Assembly (NCBI GenBank): GCA_035628505.1
Contig: DASPJR010000027.1
Span: 1-27,759 of the forward strand
Direction of reading: 5' to 3'
DNA: 27,759 nucleotides
Source of the DNA: Planctomycetota bacterium
GTDB taxonomy: Bacteria > Planctomycetota > SZUA-567 > H5-PLA8
A program made the translations under genes and the position numbers. Below are positions 25,014 through 27,759 of the stretch, in pieces. Every line of letters starts with the position of its first letter. Positions within the stretch are counted from its first letter, which is position 1. The notes under the pieces are model-generated. The model was not told where the DNA came from, did not search any database, and worked only from the letters and a program-made list of their open reading frames with translations.

Positions 25014-25088
25014 GGCCGCGTGGCCGAGCACATAGGCACCCGCCTGCAGAGCGGGGCAACGCAGGTGAAAATCCTGCCGCGGCCTCCA
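25014..25088 (+). tRNA. tRNA-Cys(GCA). U73 discriminator and encoded CCA. T-loop TGAAAAT is non-canonical.
   Basis: Acceptor GGCCGCG/CGCGGCC. Anticodon arm CCCGC-cTGCAGa-GCGGG. T-arm GCAGG-TGAAAAT-CCTGC. Three-bp D-stem. Confidence 0.6.
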
Positions 25089-25206
25089 GATGTTCTGAGG
25101 TGGGCGATCGCGATCTGGATAGCGCTGTTTGTGGTCAGCATTGTAAGTGCGATTTGCGCGATGTTTTGAGGAAGCGCCCGATGCGAGCAGAGCTCGCATT
25201 CGGGAG

Positions 25207-25285
25207 GGCTGCGTGGCTGAGCAGCGAAGGCAACCGTTGAAATGTCAACGGGAGAGGTTGGGTGCAATTCCCTTCCGCAGCCTCA
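25207..25285 (+). pseudogene. Cys-related tRNA-like pseudogene. The anticodon arm is replaced by a 7-bp stem with a tetraloop.
   Basis: Acceptor GGCTGCG/CGCAGCC, then U and CA. Same D-region as the Cys tRNA (GCTG-AGCAGCGA-AGGC). Hairpin CCGTTGA-aatg-TCAACGG is not a 7-nt anticodon loop. T-arm is degenerate. Confidence 0.35.
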
Positions 25286-25294
25286 GCCGAAAAT

Positions 25295-25368
25295 GCTCTC
25301 GAAGGCGAAGCAGTGGAGCCGCCACTCTGTCGAAGTGGATGAAGCCGGTGCGACTCCGGCCGGGAGCG
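25295..25368 (+). tRNA. tRNA-Asp(GTC). Discriminator G73. T-loop TGCGACT is non-canonical (G55).
   Basis: Acceptor GCTCTCG/CGGGAGC. Anticodon arm CCACT-cTGTCGa-AGTGG. T-arm GCCGG-TGCGACT-CCGGC. Confidence 0.55.
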
Positions 25369-25373
25369 TGAAA

Positions 25374-25437
25374 CGATTGCGGATTGCGAATTTCGGATTG
25401 CGGATTGGCTTTCAATCCCAAATCCGCAATCCGAAAT
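25374..25437. repeat. Hairpin built from CGGATTG/CAATCCG heptamers.
   Basis: 5' arm gattgcggattgcgaatttcggattgcggattgg. 3' arm cccaaatccgcaatccgaaat. Confidence 0.7.
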
Positions 25438-25442
25438 AAAGA

Positions 25443-25515
25443 AGCGGGTGGCTAGGCCTGGGGGTCTGGCGGGTCTCATAAGCCTGCAATGGCGGTTCGA
25501 TTCCGCTGCCCGCAA
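25443..25515 (+). tRNA. tRNA-Met(CAT) candidate. Has a 1:72 mismatch, an A73 discriminator and an initiator-like D-loop (GCCTGG), but the D-stem is irregular.
   Basis: Anticodon arm CGGGT-cTCATAa-GCCTG. T-arm GGCGG-TTCGATT-CCGCT. 3' end GCCCGCA-A resembles the bacterial initiator 3' end. Confidence 0.4.
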
Positions 25516-25523
25516 TGGGAATG

Positions 25524-25596
25524 GGTTTCTAGTTTCTGGTTTCTCGTTTCTGGTTCAGTGCAGTCGCCGTTAACCAGAAACCAGAAACCAGAAACC
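25524..25596. repeat. Hairpin built from CCAGAAA/GGTTTCT heptamers.
   Basis: 5' arm ggtttctagtttctggtttctcgtttctggtt. 3' arm aaccagaaaccagaaaccagaaacc. Confidence 0.75.
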
Positions 25597-25704
25597 GCAG
25601 TTTAGAGAGGCTGAGCTGCCGGGGCCAGCGGCGCCCGGGACCTTGCGTGAGCAATCGGTCTCGTGTGTTCCGAACATGGCATGTGACGAAGGCGGCGACG
25701 CGAG

Positions 25705-25781
25705 CGCCATATAGCTCATCTGGATAGAGCATCGGTCGAAAGAACCGACGGTAGTGGGTTCGACTCCCACTATGGCTACCA
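25705..25781 (+). tRNA. tRNA-like gene with canonical D- and T-arms and an encoded CCA, but a non-canonical anticodon loop CGAAAGA (G33; formal anticodon AAA) and a C1:U72 mismatch. Identity is unresolved and it may be a pseudogene.
   Basis: D-arm GCTC-ATCTGGATA-GAGC. Anticodon stem TCGGT/ACCGA. T-arm GTGGG-TTCGACT-CCCAC. 3' end TATGGCT-A-CCA. Confidence 0.4.
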
Positions 25782-25805
25782 CTGGCAAGGGTCTGAAAAA
25801 CCCGA

Positions 25806-25829
25806 GCAGGTTCAAATCCTGCAACCGCC
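25806..25829 (+). other. Orphan tRNA 3' fragment. Its T-arm GCAGGTTCAAATCCTGC is identical over 17 nt to the T-arm of tRNA-Pro(TGG) at 24598-24614.
   Basis: No upstream acceptor, D-arm or anticodon arm can be folded. Confidence 0.6.
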
Positions 25830-26108
25830 TGTTAAGCGGATCGAGGCTGAAGGGGGGCGAGAGTTGCGACTGACCGGCTGACGCGAAGTGCTCAGATAGA
25901 TTTCACGCAGCAGCACGAGAGGGCGCTTTGCAGCGCGCGGATTCGCTGAGGAACAAACCGCCGGACGCCCGGCGAACTCGACGGCTGGCCTGTACTGGAG
26001 CCGCACGAGGACGCCGCCGCCGAACGCGGGAGTAGCCGCAGCTCAAGTATCGCTCCGCGCCCGACGTGTGGACAGCACAGCAACTCGCCTCCTGGATGCC
26101 ATTACTGC

Positions 26109-26142
26109 TGTGACGGGTGACGAGTGGCGGGTGACGGGTGGC
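26109..26142. repeat. Tandem heptamer repeat, GTGACGG family x5.
   Basis: gtgacgg gtgacga gtggcgg gtgacgg gtggc. Confidence 0.7.
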
Positions 26143-26149
26143 AATCGCG

Positions 26150-26295
26150 GAAGAGTTTCCCTCTCCCCTCCGGGGAGAGGGCGGACATGAGCGGAGCGAA
26201 TGCCGGGTGAGGGGTTCGCGTTTGCTGCAAGAGACGGTTACCCCTCACCCCGGACTCGCTGCGCTCGCTCGGCCCTCTCCCCGGAGGGGAGAGGG
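26150..26295. repeat. REP/MITE-like nested palindromic element, copy 2. Two CCCTCTCCCC-nnn-GGGGAGAGGG palindromes flank a GGGTGAGGGGT...ACCCCTCACCC palindrome.
   Basis: Palindromes at 26165-26187, 26208-26263 and 26271-26293. Core is homologous to 4677-4760. Confidence 0.6.
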
Positions 26296-26344
26296 ATCGC
26301 CGGGTGCACGCAAGTTTGGTAACGAAGCAGGAGGGGAGGAAACG

Positions 26345-27454
26345 ATGATGGCTATGCGCAAGTTCAAGATCGGCACGCACGAACGCGGCCTGCTGTTCGA
26401 AGAAAACGAGTTCAAGGTGATGCTCGACCCGGGCCGCCACTGGTTCTTCGATCCGCTGTGGAAGCTTCGCGTGGACAAGGTCTCTGTCCGCGAGGCGCAG
26501 CTTCGCCACAAGGACCTGGACGTCATCGTGAAGTCCGGCGCGCTGAAGGACGTGGCGAAGGTCGTCGACCTGAAGGATCACGAACGCGCGGTGGTGTGGG
26601 TTGACGGCCGCGTGGAAACGGTTCTGAAGCAGGGCCTGTACGCCTTCTGGACGGTCTTCCACGACGTCCGCGTGGAAGTCTTCGACGCGCGCGAAGTCCG
26701 CTTCGAGCACGCCGAGCTTCCGGCGATCCTGCAGGCGCGCGACGCCGGCACGCCGCTTGACGTCTACACGGTTGAGGTCGGCTACACGGGCCTCTTCTTC
26801 AAGGACGGCGAGTTCAAGTCGGCGCTGAAGCCGGGCACGCATGCGTTCTGGAAGGGCGTCAACCGCGTGCGCATCCACAACGTGGATCTGCGCGAGCAGG
26901 TCTGCGACGTGGCGGGCCAGGAAATCGTGACGGCCGACAAGGTCACGCTGCGCCTGAACGCCGTCGTGACGTACCGCGTAGCGGACGCGCTGAAGGCGGT
27001 GACGACGGTGGATGACTACAAGCAGGCGCTGTACCGCGAGGCGCAGCTTGCTCTGCGCGCGGTGGTCGGTACCCGCGAGCTCGACACGCTGCTGAGCGAG
27101 AAGGACAGTGTGGCGAAGGAGCTGGAAGGCCTGCTGAAGAACCGCGCGACGGCGTTCGGCGTGGAAGTGAACACGCTGGGCATCAAGGACATCATCCTGC
27201 CGGGCGAGATGAAGGACTTGATGAACAAGGTGACGGAAGCGAAGAAGGCTGCTGAAGCCACGCTCATCACGCGCCGCGAAGAAACGGCCGCGATGCGCAT
27301 GCAGGCCAACACGGCCAAGATCCTCGAGAACAACCCGACGCTCATGCGCCTGCGTGAGCTCGAAGTGCTCGAGAAGATCTCGGAAAAGTCGAACCTGAAG
27401 GTTGTGCTCGGCGACCAGAAGGGTCTCGTCGACCGTGTGGTGAAGGTGCTGTAA
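26345..27454 (+). CDS. SPFH/band-7 (stomatin/prohibitin/flotillin-like) domain protein.
   Basis: 369 aa. SPFH core ...VTADKVTLRLNAVVTYRVADALKAVTTVDDYKQALYREAQLALRAVVGTRELDTLLSEKDSVAKELEG... SD ggaggggagga before ATG 26345. The longer upstream ORF extension, which runs through the REP element, was rejected. Confidence 0.8.
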   Translation: MMAMRKFKIGTHERGLLFEENEFKVMLDPGRHWFFDPLWKLRVDKVSVREAQLRHKDLDVIVKSGALKDVAKVVDLKDHERAVVWVDGRVETVLKQGLYAFWTVFHDVRVEVFDAREVRFEHAELPAILQARDAGTPLDVYTVEVGYTGLFFKDGEFKSALKPGTHAFWKGVNRVRIHNVDLREQVCDVAGQEIVTADKVTLRLNAVVTYRVADALKAVTTVDDYKQALYREAQLALRAVVGTRELDTLLSEKDSVAKELEGLLKNRATAFGVEVNTLGIKDIILPGEMKDLMNKVTEAKKAAEATLITRREETAAMRMQANTAKILENNPTLMRLRELEVLEKISEKSNLKVVLGDQKGLVDRVVKVL

Positions 27455-27485
27455 AGCGCCGGGTTCGCCCGGTGCCAGGAAGACA

Positions 27486-27552
27486 AGCTGCTGCTGGTTG
27501 CCGGAGCTATGAGCTCTCGCGAGGGCGCGACGGATCGCCCGGCAACCAGCAG
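27486..27552 (+). other. Long stem-loop. The 15-bp stem GCTGCTGGTTGCCGG/CCGGCAACCAGCAGC has a 34-nt loop, no U-tract follows, and it sits between the SPFH gene and tRNA-Leu.
   Basis: Perfect inverted repeat 27489-27503 / 27538-27552. Confidence 0.5.
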
Positions 27553-27561
27553 CGCTCCGAA

Positions 27562-27647
27562 GCTCTCGTGGCGGAATTTTTGGAAGACGCGGCCGGCTCA
27601 AACCCGGCAGGCCCTGGGCCGTGGAGGTTCGAATCCTCTCGAGAGCA
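27562..27647 (+). tRNA. tRNA-Leu(CAA), type II with a long variable arm.
   Basis: Acceptor GCTCTCG/CGAGAGC, discriminator A73. D-region GTGGCGGAATTTTTGGAAGACGCG is Leu-like. Anticodon arm GCCGG-cTCAAAc-CCGGC. Variable hairpin GGCCC-tg-GGGCC. T-arm GGAGG-TTCGAAT-CCTCT. Confidence 0.8.
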
Positions 27648-27650
27648 TGG

Positions 27651-27686
27651 TGTTGGCTCTTGGCTCTTGGCTCTTGGCTCTTGGAG
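27651..27686. repeat. Tandem GGCTCTT heptamer x4-5 immediately 3' of tRNA-Leu. Same module as after tRNA-Lys(CTT) at 23036-23053.
   Basis: tgttggctcttggctcttggctcttggctcttggag. Confidence 0.8.
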
Positions 27687-27759
27687 AACGACGAGATTAA
27701 TGGGCAGGCTCTTGTGGCGGAAATGGGAGACGCGGCCGTTTTAAACACGGCTGGCCTGT

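Noticed and set aside
24548-25835. Integrated mobile element bounded by tRNA-Pro(TGG) and its 17-nt T-arm repeat
   Set aside because: The interval is only about 1.2 kb, contains only tRNAs and hairpins, and has no integrase or excisionase gene. More likely an internal array rearrangement, which is reported as a finding.
26138-26344. N-terminal extension of the SPFH ORF (track start 26138)
   Set aside because: The extension reads through the palindromic REP-like element (PLRGEGG... derives from CCCTCTCCCC/GGGGAGAGGG). A strong SD precedes the Met cluster at 26345.
22713-27686. Heptamer repeat runs as a possible CRISPR array
   Set aside because: Units are 7 nt in direct tandem with no unique spacers, and the runs form inverted hairpins. 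This is not CRISPR repeat-spacer architecture and no cas genes are present.
26102-27748. 548-aa minus-strand ORF
   Set aside because: Antisense to the SPFH gene, which has a clear band-7 core and a Shine-Dalgarno.

Overview
This is a 27.8 kb, high-GC bacterial window. The gene content (BatA-N/vWA/GATase1-like membrane proteins, prenyltransferase-like toroid proteins, many ECF sigma factors) suggests an Acidobacteriota-, Planctomycetota- or Verrucomicrobiota-like soil bacterium, but that is inference only. The window reads as four blocks.

1. Positions 1-7,550 hold ordinary genes: a small zinc-ribbon protein on the minus strand; a 924-aa PEP-utilising enzyme family protein that ends in the phosphohistidine swivel domain; an overlapping membrane protein; an acylphosphatase with a signal-like leader; an AhpD/CMD-family protein and MobA on the minus strand; and an ECF sigma / anti-sigma pair.

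2. Positions 7,606-21,898 hold a tightly coupled six-gene MoxR / DUF58 / BatA-like / BatA-like / giant / toroid operon. Its fifth gene encodes a 2,037-aa membrane-anchored protein with a PA14 domain, a roughly 1,000-residue Ala/Glu/Lys/Gln coiled coil and a Q-S-G-Q-N-P-Q heptapeptide tandem repeat. A prenyltransferase/squalene-oxidase-repeat (alpha/alpha-toroid) gene follows, overlapping the giant gene's stop by one nucleotide.

3. Positions 21,900-25,850 are the most unusual stretch. It starts with a relatively AT-rich candidate sRNA carrying a sigma70-like promoter and a textbook intrinsic terminator. A dense same-strand tRNA array follows: about 18 tRNA genes (Gly, Asn, Ala-like, Lys x2, Gln x2, Phe, Pro x2, Ile, Glu, His, Cys, Asp, a Met candidate and one with a non-canonical loop), spaced as little as one nucleotide apart. 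Several tRNAs have non-canonical T-loops, there are at least four degenerate tRNA-like pseudogenes and one tRNA 3' fragment, and a RimJ/RimL-type GNAT acetyltransferase gene sits inside the array. Most tRNAs are separated by hairpins built from tandem 7-nt units (CCAGAAA, GGCTCTT, CGGATTG, GTGACGG, GGCAGTG).

4. Positions 25,850-27,759 contain a nested-palindrome REP-like element (a second copy lies at 4.7 kb), an SPFH/band-7 protein, a long hairpin, tRNA-Leu(CAA) and another GGCTCTT heptamer run.

All tRNA calls were made by manual cloverleaf folding and need tRNAscan-SE/ARAGORN confirmation. Long minus-strand ORFs antisense to these GC-rich genes were judged spurious.
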